Below, in pieces: positions 1-9,808 of a stretch of 64,000 bases of DNA (within the stretch, counting starts at the first letter, position 1; the number at the start of each line of letters is the position of its first letter). The stretch spans positions 3,968,001 through 4,032,000 of the forward strand of contig CBDETK010000013.1 of NCBI GenBank assembly GCA_965242865.1, given 5' to 3'. A program made the translations under genes and the position numbers. The notes beneath the pieces are model-generated. The model did no database searches. It was given only the letters and a program-made list of their open reading frames with translations, and was not told the DNA's origin. This stretch comes from Candidatus Latescibacterota bacterium. Its GTDB lineage: Bacteria; Latescibacterota; UBA2968; UBA8231.

Positions 1-2
1 TC

Positions 3-953
3 GTGCTATCCAGCTTGTGGAGCGGGCGGCAGCACCTCCGCCAAGTCTGGCGCAAGGCCCTGCGCGGCGACGACTCCATCGACGACAGCGGGGAATTGCT
101 CTCGTACCGGGTCGCGGTCTTTGGCTTTATCGCCAGTTTCTCCCTCGGCCTGTTCGCGCTCTACGCCGCCAACATGAACCTGCCGACCGCCGTTGTCTTT
201 CAGCTTTCGGCCCTCGTGATCTTCGTCGGCTTGGCTCGCATCATCTCGCAGGCCGGGCTGGCCTATTGCCGCGCTCCGGTGGCACCGGCCGTATTTACCG
301 TCAACACGCTCGGGTCGTCGGCAGTGGGGGCTCCGGGCCTAACGGCGCTGGCACTCAACTTCCCGTGGTCGGCCGACATCCGCACCTTTGTCATGGCCTC
401 GGCCGCGACCGGCCTCAAGCTGGCGGAAGTGACGCGCTTGGAGTATCGGCGCGTGTTCTGGGCCATTGCCGCGGCCATTGTCGTCACCCTCGTCGGCTCG
501 GTCACCGCAGTTATCCACCTCGCGTACACCTACGGCGGCATCAACCTGAGCAGTTGGCAGTTCGGCTATATGACGACCTATACCGGCAATTGGATCACCA
601 ACAACATCAACACCATGCAGCCCACCCATATTTGGCATCTATCCTTTGCCGGGCTCGGCGCGTTCTTGATGGGCCTGTTGACGTTTGTGAAAAACCGCTT
701 CGTCGGCTTTCCCATTCACCCCATCGGCTTGGCCATTGGGCTGCCGCATCCCGTGCAGCTAATCTGGCCATCGGTCTTTATGGCTTGGCTGCTCAAGGCA
801 CTCATTCTCAAATACGGCGGCCCTCGGCTCTACACCCGCCTGCGACCGTTCTTTTTGGGGCTGGTGCTCGGCGCGTTTGGCACGGCCGGCCTCTGGCTCA
901 TCATCGACTCCTTCACCGGCCTAACGGGCAATCGGCTGATTACCATTACCTAG
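3..953 (+). CDS. Polytopic membrane protein, 5'-truncated by window edge (DUF6785/DUF6784-like putative transporter)
   Basis: Many hydrophobic segments; C-terminal 'GFPIHPIG...WLLKALILKYGG.RLY..LRPFFLGL.LG' motif recalled for this family. Confidence 0.6.
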   Translation: MLSSLWSGRQHLRQVWRKALRGDDSIDDSGELLSYRVAVFGFIASFSLGLFALYAANMNLPTAVVFQLSALVIFVGLARIISQAGLAYCRAPVAPAVFTVNTLGSSAVGAPGLTALALNFPWSADIRTFVMASAATGLKLAEVTRLEYRRVFWAIAAAIVVTLVGSVTAVIHLAYTYGGINLSSWQFGYMTTYTGNWITNNINTMQPTHIWHLSFAGLGAFLMGLLTFVKNRFVGFPIHPIGLAIGLPHPVQLIWPSVFMAWLLKALILKYGGPRLYTRLRPFFLGLVLGAFGTAGLWLIIDSFTGLTGNRLITIT

Positions 954-1992
954 CGCGACCTCCCGCGCCGTGATCAATGCCCAGCTTGATCGAGCGGTCG
1001 GGATGCTGGTTGATCTCCATATACGCGGCGGCCGCCTGTGCAAAGGGCACAATCGGGTCAATGAGGTCGTCGGCTTGCAACCGGCCCTTGACCAGCAGGG
1101 CCAGCGACTCTGCGCGGATGCGGGCGAAATCCCAACTCGCCTGTGGCAAAGGCTCGCTGCAAGCGCGGCTGGAGACGACCTGAATGCGGTTGCGATGCCA
1201 CTCGCCGGCCAAGCGCAAGCCCTGCTCGCCGTGGTAATACGCGGTCGAGACCACGGTGCCGGCGTAGCAAGTGGCGCGCAGGGCGTCTTCAAAGGCGCGG
1301 TAGGAACCGCTCGTTTCAAAGGCGATGTCCGCGCCGATTTTGTCGGTGTGCTGCTTGATTGCCAAGCCAGCGTCCATGGCCCCCGGGTCCAGCGCCAAGT
1401 CGGCGCGGTGGCGCAGGGCCGCGGCGCGCCGCCGCTCAATGGGATCGACGACCCCTACCCAACGCGCCCCGCACAGCCGTGCGGCCTGCGCCACCATGAG
1501 CCCGATGGCCCCCAGCCCAAAGACCGCGACGCGATCTCCCAAGCGCACTGCGCCATCGCGCACCGCGCCGACGGCAAAGTCGGCCGGGTCCCAATACATG
1601 ACGGCTTGCGGCGAGATTCCGGCTGGGGCTTTTTGCACGCGCCCCGCCGCTACGGTGTGGGTTTCGCGGATGGACAAATGCGCGAAGACCCGGTCGCCTT
1701 CTCGCAGCGCAGCAACCTCGGCCCCCACTTGGACGACCGCGCCCAAGCATATATTCCCGAGGCGGCGGGGGAAGCCATCGGCAGCCGATTCGCCGCGGCG
1801 GTGCAGGCGCAGGTCGCCGTCCCAGCGGTCGGATGCGTCGGGCGTGTCGGCGCGGAAGCCGCGCAATTCAGTGCCGTGCTTAACCGAACTGAAGAGGCTT
1901 TGGACGCGGATTTGGTCCGCGGCTAAGGGCGGTTCTTGGTACGAGCGGAAGACCGCGTGGCCGGGGCGGTCGGCGATCAATTCGAGCGGCAT
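946..1992 (-). CDS. Zinc-type alcohol dehydrogenase (MDR superfamily)
   Basis: 'SVKHGTE' N-terminal motif and Rossmann 'VAVFGLGAIG'. Confidence 0.8.
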   Translation of the reverse strand: MPLELIADRPGHAVFRSYQEPPLAADQIRVQSLFSSVKHGTELRGFRADTPDASDRWDGDLRLHRRGESAADGFPRRLGNICLGAVVQVGAEVAALREGDRVFAHLSIRETHTVAAGRVQKAPAGISPQAVMYWDPADFAVGAVRDGAVRLGDRVAVFGLGAIGLMVAQAARLCGARWVGVVDPIERRRAAALRHRADLALDPGAMDAGLAIKQHTDKIGADIAFETSGSYRAFEDALRATCYAGTVVSTAYYHGEQGLRLAGEWHRNRIQVVSSRACSEPLPQASWDFARIRAESLALLVKGRLQADDLIDPIVPFAQAAAAYMEINQHPDRSIKLGIDHGAGGRAR

Positions 1993-2160
1993 GAGGCAAA
2001 CTCCTGTTTCGTGACATTGGACATTTGTGGGATGTTATAACGGTTGCCGAGTGACCAGACGCGATTGCGCGAGTCAAATTCATAGGGGAAATTGTGAGGG
2101 CGGCTCGCGTTGCAAACCAGACCGCTCACCGGCTCATCAGACTAACAAGGAGAATTGGCG

Positions 2161-2421
2161 ATGGCAAATGCAGGGCAGAACGATATTGTATTGGAGAAGG
2201 TCGTCCAACGAGATATTGAAATCCACAGCGGCGATCTGGTTTTCACCGGTACGCGGGTCCCGGTGGACAACCTCGTGAGTTATCTCAAAGGAGGGCACTC
2301 TATCGAGGAATTTCTTCAAGATTATCCCACGGTCGAGCGGTGGCAGCTAGAGTCTTATCTTGAGCTTTCGCCCCAAGGACTGGATTACTTGAGAGCGCAA
2401 GATGCAAGTGCTTCTCGATGA
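2161..2421 (+). CDS. DUF433 antitoxin (VapB45-like)
   Basis: 'IHSGDLVFTGTRVPV..L..G.SIEEFLQDYP' motif; AAGGAG RBS before ATG 2161; overlaps the next gene. Confidence 0.85.
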   Translation: MANAGQNDIVLEKVVQRDIEIHSGDLVFTGTRVPVDNLVSYLKGGHSIEEFLQDYPTVERWQLESYLELSPQGLDYLRAQDASASR

Positions 2422-2728
2422 GGATATTCCGATCCGACTGAGACTGTACTTCCAAACAGTGGAAGTCGAAACGGTAGAGTACCGCGGCTGGAAAGGTCTT
2501 AAGAACGGCACATTGCTGCGCACCGCTCAAGAGCATTTCGATGTTCTTGTAACGATGGATAATAACCTCCCTGACCAGCAACCACTCCAACAATTCGATA
2601 TAGGCGTTGCGATCTTACGCGCTCCCAGCAAGACGCTTGAGGATTTGGCGGCACTGGTGCCCGAACTCGAGCGATTGATTACTAAAATCCGGCCTGGAAA
2701 TGCGGTGCGGATCTATCCTCCTGTCTAA
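2402..2728 (+). CDS. DUF5615 PIN-like toxin (VapC45-like)
   Basis: 'VLLDEDIP...GWKGLKNGTLL..A...FDVLVTMD.NL..QQ' motif; paired with DUF433. Confidence 0.85.
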   Translation: MQVLLDEDIPIRLRLYFQTVEVETVEYRGWKGLKNGTLLRTAQEHFDVLVTMDNNLPDQQPLQQFDIGVAILRAPSKTLEDLAALVPELERLITKIRPGNAVRIYPPV

Positions 2729-3846
2729 TGAACGCCTACCAACGCTTCGCCCGCCCCCTCCTGTTCCGCTGCGATCCAGAGCGCGTCCATGAGCAAACCC
2801 TCGCGCTGGGCGAGCGGATTGGTTCTTCTGCGCTGGGCCGCCATCTGCTTTCGCGTCTCTTTGCCTTTGTGGATGAGCGGTTGGCGACCCAAGTGGGCGG
2901 CTTGCGCTTTGCCAATCCGCTGGGCATGGCGGCGGGATTCGATAAAAATGGCCGGATGATCCAAGCGCTTGCGGCCATGGGCTTTGGGTTTGTGGAGGTG
3001 GGGTCGGTATCGGCTCATCCTTCGGCTGGGAATCCGCGCCCTCGGCTGTTTCGCCTGCCCTTAGACGAGGCCATCGTCGTCAACTATGGGGTGCCCAACG
3101 ACGGGGCTGCGGGCGTGGCGGCCCGCGTCGCTCAACAGCCGACCGCCGCCCCTTTGGGGATCAACCTCGTCGAAACCAATACCGGGCGGGCTGTCGCGCC
3201 GGACGCGGTCGTCGCCGAACTGGCCTCGGCCATCGCGCCCTTTGTCGGGCGGGCCTCCTACATCGCGTTCAACCTCAACTGCCCCAACACCTCGGCCGGG
3301 GCCAGTCCATTCAACAGCGGCCGTGCCTTGGGCGACTTGCTCCGCGAATGCGCTGCCATCGGCAACCTGCCGCCGGTCTTTCTCAAGCTCACCGCGCACA
3401 CCGACCCGGCGCGGCTCGATTGGATGCTGGAGACGGTCGATCTGTTTGCTTTCGTCAAGGGCTTCATCTTCAACCTGCCGCCGGGAACCAACTACCCGCT
3501 CAAGTCGCCAGCCCATCTCATCGCCGCCCTGCCCGGAACCTTGTGCGGCCGGCCCGTTCAGACCCGGATCGACGAAACCGTGCGCTTCTGGTACGAGCGG
3601 ATCGACCGCCAGCGGCACGCGATCATCGGCGTGGGCGGGATTTCATCGGCCGAGGACGCCTACCGCAAAATTCGCCTCGGGGCCTCGCTCGTGCAGCTAT
3701 ACTCCGCGCTGATTTTCAGAGGGCCGGGAATCGTGCGGCAAATCAACGCAGGGTTGGCGTGCCTGTTGGAACGGGATGGGTTTGCCCGGGTGGGCGACGC
3801 CGTGGGAATCGACAGTCGAGACACCACTAACCAACGCGGGCGTTGA
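2728..3846 (+). CDS. pyrD: Quinone-dependent dihydroorotate dehydrogenase
   Basis: 'NPLGMAAGFDKN', 'GNPRPRLFRL', 'NLNCPNT', 'IIGVGGI', 'GASLVQLYS' motifs. Confidence 0.88.
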   Translation: MNAYQRFARPLLFRCDPERVHEQTLALGERIGSSALGRHLLSRLFAFVDERLATQVGGLRFANPLGMAAGFDKNGRMIQALAAMGFGFVEVGSVSAHPSAGNPRPRLFRLPLDEAIVVNYGVPNDGAAGVAARVAQQPTAAPLGINLVETNTGRAVAPDAVVAELASAIAPFVGRASYIAFNLNCPNTSAGASPFNSGRALGDLLRECAAIGNLPPVFLKLTAHTDPARLDWMLETVDLFAFVKGFIFNLPPGTNYPLKSPAHLIAALPGTLCGRPVQTRIDETVRFWYERIDRQRHAIIGVGGISSAEDAYRKIRLGASLVQLYSALIFRGPGIVRQINAGLACLLERDGFARVGDAVGIDSRDTTNQRGR

Positions 3847-4714
3847 TCTGCAAGTCCCACTTTCGCCAATAGTACTTGAGCGGGTCGTCCTCATCCCACT
3901 CGGCGTAAATGTGCTCCCAATCCGTAAAGTGCATGTGCGGCTCCAGCGAGTCGGCGCGCACCGGATGGCTCATGGGCTGGTAGCGGTAGTCGAGCGAGAC
4001 GCGCAGGCGGTCGCCGGTTTGGTTGTCTTGGCCCTGATGAGCGGTCAGACTGTGGCATATAAGCACGTCGCCCGCCAAAAAGTCGCCGCCCGCCCACAGC
4101 GTGTCCTCGGGCAGCGCGACCGCATGGCCCCCCGCGCCGGTCGCCTTTGTAACGCCTAATTGGCCCAGCTTGTGGCTACCCGGCGCCACCGCCAAACTGC
4201 CCAGCGCGGCCGGGCAGTCGCCGGCCGGAATCCAAGCGGTCCACGTCTCGTCGGTGCCGCCGATGTAGAAATTGTCTTGGTGCGGCGGGGTGGTGTGCGC
4301 GAGGGCGTTGGGAAAAATGACTCGGCAGATATTGCGGCTGTGGGGCAGGGCCTCCTCGCCGAAGAGGGTGGCGAACATCGCCAAGATCGCCGGGTGCAAG
4401 GCCAAGGCGTTGAAGGCGCGCAACCGCTGGACATCGATGTAAAAGGCGACCCACTCGGGCGATTGGCCTTCGATGAAAAGCTGGTCGTCGCGAGCGACTC
4501 CATCCATCAGGGACGCGCTGTCGTCGAGCCAGCCGTGCTGCTGACACACTTCGAGGATCTGACGGCGCAGGTCGAGCACTGGCTCCGGGGCCAGCAGCGA
4601 GCGGAAGAACAAATAGCCCTGCTCGGCCGCACGTTCGCGCAATGCGCTGGGCGCGGTGAGCAGGGGGGCGGAATCCACGAAAGGTTCGATGTTAGTCATG
4701 GTCTGTTGGGCCAT
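3827..4714 (-). CDS. Phytanoyl-CoA dioxygenase (PhyH) family Fe(II)/2OG dioxygenase
   Basis: 'TPPHQD' HxD motif, 'WTAWIP', 'HSLTAH', 'R.S.DYRY'. Confidence 0.85.
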   Translation of the reverse strand: MAQQTMTNIEPFVDSAPLLTAPSALRERAAEQGYLFFRSLLAPEPVLDLRRQILEVCQQHGWLDDSASLMDGVARDDQLFIEGQSPEWVAFYIDVQRLRAFNALALHPAILAMFATLFGEEALPHSRNICRVIFPNALAHTTPPHQDNFYIGGTDETWTAWIPAGDCPAALGSLAVAPGSHKLGQLGVTKATGAGGHAVALPEDTLWAGGDFLAGDVLICHSLTAHQGQDNQTGDRLRVSLDYRYQPMSHPVRADSLEPHMHFTDWEHIYAEWDEDDPLKYYWRKWDLQINARVG

Positions 4715-4719
4715 TGTGA

Positions 4720-5178
4720 TTACTCCTCTGGTCTGTCTCTAAAGGCGTGTAGCGTTTGAATGTACTCGGAGGAAAGTCCGTGTTCGGTCGCTCCTTGGAT
4801 GACGGCGTTGAGGTATTCCTCCGAGGGCGGGTAGTGGTGTCCGGCGTCGAGGCGAGAAAGATACGTCCACACCGGGCCGATTGGGGGTATTTCCAACTCG
4901 ACCCGCCGGTACTTGATCCCCTCGCTTTCGTAGTGGTCGAGGCGGGAAAAATCGCGCTCGGTCATCGCGTACACCACGCCTTCGACATAAGCGTCCTCCT
5001 TGAGCCGGATGCTGGCCACGCCCATGCCGCCTCGCGTAAAGGAGATCATCGGAAAGCACAACTCATAGCCTGCTAGACGCACCACCGAGTGGAGACGGGC
5101 GCCTGGGCAGCGAGCTTGCATTTGCCGCCAGAGCAAGTTGGACCCATAAGCAAAGTAGAGCGAAAGCGAATTAGCCAT
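4720..5178 (-). CDS. Gamma-glutamylcyclotransferase family protein
   Basis: 'YFAYGSNL...M..RCP', 'VEGVVY', 'LD.YE' motifs. Confidence 0.85.
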   Translation of the reverse strand: MANSLSLYFAYGSNLLWRQMQARCPGARLHSVVRLAGYELCFPMISFTRGGMGVASIRLKEDAYVEGVVYAMTERDFSRLDHYESEGIKYRRVELEIPPIGPVWTYLSRLDAGHHYPPSEEYLNAVIQGATEHGLSSEYIQTLHAFRDRPEE

Positions 5179-5270
5179 GACCAGCCTCTTGGGATTTCAA
5201 CTAAGGTGGTAGGACTTTAATGTTTTATATTACTTCGCTCAACCCACCCCCTCACCTCCACGGAGGAATC

Positions 5271-6359
5271 ATGGCCCAACAACGCTTTCAACGCACCGCA
5301 CCCGGCGACCTGCTCCGGGTGGGAATGATCACCGGCCCCGGCGGCCACACCTACGGCATCTGGGGCGAAAAGATGAATCCCCCGCCCGGTTCCCTTCGCA
5401 CGACCGGCATGATGATGACCCACGCCTGGTGCCTCGACGCGGGGATGCGCCAACGCTTTGCAGAAAAGTACCCCGAGGTCCGCATAGTAGCCGATCCCCG
5501 GGACATGATCGGCCAAATTGACGGAGTGTATATCGACGACATCAACGCGATTTCGCTCTATCCCCTGTTGGCCCGGCCCTTTTTGGAAGCGGGCATTCCG
5601 ACCTTTGTCAATCGCCCCTTTGCCACCTCTATGGCCAAGGGGCGGGAGATGGTGGAAACGGCCGCCCAATGCGGCACGGCCCTGTTGACCGCCTCGACGT
5701 GGGAATTTTCCGAGAGCGCGGGCGACCTGCGGGCCAAAGCCGCGGACCTGCCCGACATCAAGGGCTACGTGGCGCACAACTCCATGAGCGACTACTACAC
5801 CCACGGCTTGCACGGGGTCTGGTACATCCACTCGATTTTGCGCGACGAGATCGCCAAGGGGCGGGGCCGGCTGCGCGCTGCCGCGTACCACACCCCCAAC
5901 TGGCGCGTACCCGGCGGGATGGTCGTCTATGAGCACGAGGGAGCGACGCGCCCGTACTACGGGGCGCTGCATCAGAGTTCGGGCGCCGATGGCAACGCGT
6001 ACATGCGAATTTTCGGCGACCACCGGGGCGACGCTGAGGGGCGGATTCCAGCCCGGGCTGGCTACTTCATGTACAACGCTTGGAACGCGCTCCAACTCGG
6101 TATTCAGGAAATGTTCGAGACGGGCCAGTCGCCGGAGACGGGCGAGCAACTCTTGGAAAAGCTGCTGATGTTTCTCCTGCCCTTTTACTCGGCGTTGGAG
6201 CGCGGCGGTGCCCTAGTACAGCGGGAGGACTTGGGGGCTTGGGAAGTGCCGCCCCCGTCTGCCGTGCTCATGGAAAACGGCGAGCCAACCGACAGCGCCT
6301 TTGCATCGCCCTACACCCCAGCCCAGCTCGAAGAAGCGACGCGGACGCTGGGTGGGTAA
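5271..6359 (+). CDS. Gfo/Idh/MocA-like oxidoreductase
   Basis: GGAGG RBS before ATG 5271; 'ARPFLEAGIPTFVNRPFA' resembles the family 'xEKP' region. Confidence 0.6.
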   Translation: MAQQRFQRTAPGDLLRVGMITGPGGHTYGIWGEKMNPPPGSLRTTGMMMTHAWCLDAGMRQRFAEKYPEVRIVADPRDMIGQIDGVYIDDINAISLYPLLARPFLEAGIPTFVNRPFATSMAKGREMVETAAQCGTALLTASTWEFSESAGDLRAKAADLPDIKGYVAHNSMSDYYTHGLHGVWYIHSILRDEIAKGRGRLRAAAYHTPNWRVPGGMVVYEHEGATRPYYGALHQSSGADGNAYMRIFGDHRGDAEGRIPARAGYFMYNAWNALQLGIQEMFETGQSPETGEQLLEKLLMFLLPFYSALERGGALVQREDLGAWEVPPPSAVLMENGEPTDSAFASPYTPAQLEEATRTLGG

Positions 6360-6428
6360 TTGGGAATTGAGGTAGAACGCGCCTGATAGGCGATTCAGAC
6401 CACGGTACTGACTGAGGGATACAAAAAA

Positions 6429-9400
6429 ATGAACGCAGACTCACTTATGTCACAAAACCCAATCATCTGGATCAACGAGTTCCTGCACCGCCGAGGCCTG
6501 GATAGCCCGGATGGGCGAGCATTGTACGCCTACCGATGCACAGCTACCGAGTTCGACTCGCTGGCCGAGGTGCTCTCGCATAGCACTCCTGACAGTGCCA
6601 CAAATGGGGAAACTCGCGCATTTGTACTCTACGCGGCGGAGTGGTGGCAGCGACGATACGACGGGCACCATTGGGCTTGGGAACCGTTATTACGTCCATT
6701 AAGTGGCACATCCACTATCCCGATCTCTATGAGCCTGTACGCGTAGCTTTGCGCTGGTGGCAGGTCGATCTTGTGCGTCTGCCGACTTCGATTCGCTATC
6801 TCGGCACATTCGCCTGTCAAGGCGGCCTGCCGTTGGGTCTCGTCGGCGACGCAGACAGCAGGGTTGCACAGTACCTACGCGCTGTTCTTAAACACACCGC
6901 TGAGTATTGGAAGTTCGTTGATGATGCCATCGATCTGGCACGCGACCAGCAGCACCTGCTGCACCCGCCGACGCTACGTAGGGATTATGTGTTCCGCCTA
7001 GCAGCCGACCTAATTGAGGCGGTGCGCGACCTCCAGAACGATGCTCAAGGAGAAGATCCAATCAGCACCCTTGACCGGGTGCGTCCGGGTTGGTGCAAAA
7101 CCATGCCGCTAGCTATCGAGAATGAGCGGGCGCGAGACCTTCTAATCAGCCTGCTTCACGAAGCGGTGCAAGTCAGGCCTCCAGCCGATGACTTCCGCGT
7201 CGAGCGGTTTCTGCGTAGAACCAGTGTCGGATGGCGGCTCGGTGCCCGGATCCGGCTTCCCGCATCCATTTCGGCGAAACATCTCGAACATTACCTAAAC
7301 GTGTCGGAGGGAGACCTGCCATCTAGGCTGCAAGTACGTGTACATGGCGATCGCGTACGCAATGTCGGACTGTACGCTGCCGAGTTAGACAACTTCCTCT
7401 TAGTAGCACGAGACACACAATCCCAAACTGAAATCTGGGATACCGAAGCCGCCGCCGAGATTCGGCTTCAGTTCCTCTCCGGGGATGTGGTTGGCGAAGG
7501 AGTGGTTCCCTACCGAGGCACCTCCTTGGGAGAGTTGCCATGGGCGTTCCGGGGCGATTCCAATGAATGTCCCTTCATTGGCGAAGGCAGTGTCAGCAAC
7601 CGTGCATCGGAGATCGTCGTGTTAGCCCCGACAGATTGTACTACAGACCACGAGAGCGCGTTGGAGTCGTCTTTGGCGGGAGAGAGCGAGGGACTTGAGC
7701 CATTTGGACGAATTCTGTGGAGGATCACTGAATCGACCGCGATTAAAACAGTTCACGGGCGGTGCGTGGTAAGGCCATCTTCGGGGCAAATGGTCGAGGA
7801 AGACTACTGGCTGGAGGGTCAGCGATGCTACGATTTAGAATCTGTTCGGCCGTTGTCGTTGTTCTGCGGCACACCGAGGTTGCGCGTCGCCAAGGCCGAG
7901 CAGGACCCGCGTACCGTACCGACCAATGAGGTCAGTTGGCGGCAAACGGGAGGAGAGTGGCAACAACGTCCCAATACCTCTGGATTGTGGGAAATCCGGC
8001 ATATACGCGGTGGAGAGCTTCGGTATCTTAGCCGCGTTGGCATCCTTCCCGAACAATTCCGCTTGTCGCTCGCTTCCGGTTCGGACATGAGCGAAGGGTA
8101 TTTGATGTTGGACGGAGCGGAAGCTGTAAAGGTTTCGGCTCACAGCCAAGAAACCGTGGTGACGCCGCGAATTGAAGGAAACGGAGTTCGGGTCCACGTG
8201 GCCACCCGAAATGCGGCTACCCCGCCCGCGCACATGCACCTTCGCTTGCATTGGCAGGGGGCCGCGGGACTGGTCGTGCAGGTGCCCTTCCCTGGACACG
8301 GGGGGCACTTCCTGCGGGACGACAAGCCCTTGGACCGGGAACTTGTCGTTGATGATCTCTACGGGGTGCGGGCGATCGCACTGTCGCCGAATGACTCTCG
8401 GAAATTCTGGATCCGAGGTGAACTCAAGGCACTGGATCCGGATCTGGGTAGTAGTCTGCTTCTCGTCGCGCACTTCCGTCTTCCGCTGCGTAAGTCTGGC
8501 GTGACACATGAACTTCCGCTTATTGATTTGCGCTCCATGGTTCAACTGCTACTCTCTTCATCGTCGTCCGGCGAGGCGAGCGTTGCCCTGCGTATCGTGG
8601 ACGAGTTCCAGCATGAGTACGATGCCGTTCGAGTCAACCGATTTGCAGACACGCTTGAATATGACCCTAGCATGACCTTCGTCACTGCGCCGCTGACATC
8701 GAATGGCGATGAACCTGTGACCTTTGAAGCCGTGCCACTCGCTCGGCCAGATGCCGATCCTGTGTCTCTCGATGTCGTCAGTCCGGCCAATGCCCCGCAC
8801 GGTGCCGCATTGCCGCAAGACCTGAACATCAATGAACCTTGGTTAGTAGTAGCGCACCACGACGACCAGGTGCGTGTCCGGCCCGTTGTCATTGGTGGCA
8901 GGTCAGGCGAATCAGTTAGTTCGTCAACAGGGGACGCGGAGGTTTCCCGTTTATGCGAAGCCGTGAGCCTGCGCGATTACGATTCGCGGATACGATCCAT
9001 TGCCGCAGCAATGGACGCCATGTTGGACCCGGAAAATGCACACCGCGTTGAAGAAGAATGGGGCTTCCTAAATTATTCGTTGCTGCGTACCGAGGGGCTT
9101 CCAGCAACATCGCTCGACCTTCTCAAGGTTCTGGTGAAGAAACCGAGTCTCCTAGTTCGTTGCATGTTCCGGCTCGAAAGCGCACCTCGACAATTGCTCT
9201 GGCGACTGGAAGACGAACTGCCGTTTAGTTGGCTTCTGATCCAGCGTCAGGTCTGGTGGACCGAGGCTAGGCAGGCGTTCGAGCGACTCCGCGGTCAGAT
9301 GGCCGACATGCCGGACAGCAATCAAATCGCTAGCGATTATGTAAATTCGATTCTCACCGAAGGTGTCAAAGGTATCCGTCAGCTTCAGGGTTTATATACC

Positions 9401-9808
9401 GTGAAGTGTGACATCGGCTTTCGGTTAAATGGGGGCAGAATCCCCGGTCCGATTGTTGAGGAGGCTCGTAAGAAGCGGGACGCCAAGACCCAAGAGCAAC
9501 TCAATCTGCGATACAGCATGGAAGACTGGCCGCCAGGAGACGGGCGTAGCGAGTGGGCGGAAGAGCTTGAGCAAGGTGAGCTACTCAACAACCTCGCCAT
9601 CTGGCAACGCGAAGGCGACTCCCGAGAACGCCAACCCATTTTCGACACTCCTGTTGCCGCCGCATGGTGCTGTTTTCACTCCAAACCCACCGACCGCACG
9701 ACATTTCTCGTCAAACGCATTCGTACGCACGACCCTGAGTGGTTTGATTTAGCGTATGAAGCCGCTTGGTTCCAGCTAGCACTCAGACAGGACGAATCCA
9801 ACCGATGA
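6429..9808 (+). pseudogene. druH: Druantia type III DruH (STY4851/ECs_5259-like), split by a -1 frameshift near 6692
   Basis: N-terminal 'PDGRALYAYRCT..EF...FVLYAAEWWQRRY.G.HWAWEP' in frame 6429 continues as 'TSIKW...YLGTFACQGGLP' in frame 6641; stop overlaps the druE start (ATGA). Confidence 0.8.

Noticed and set aside
970-6149. Long antisense or alternative-frame ORFs (for example 970-1926, 5217-6149)
   Set aside because: Shadow ORFs of GC-rich genes that have clear motifs in another frame
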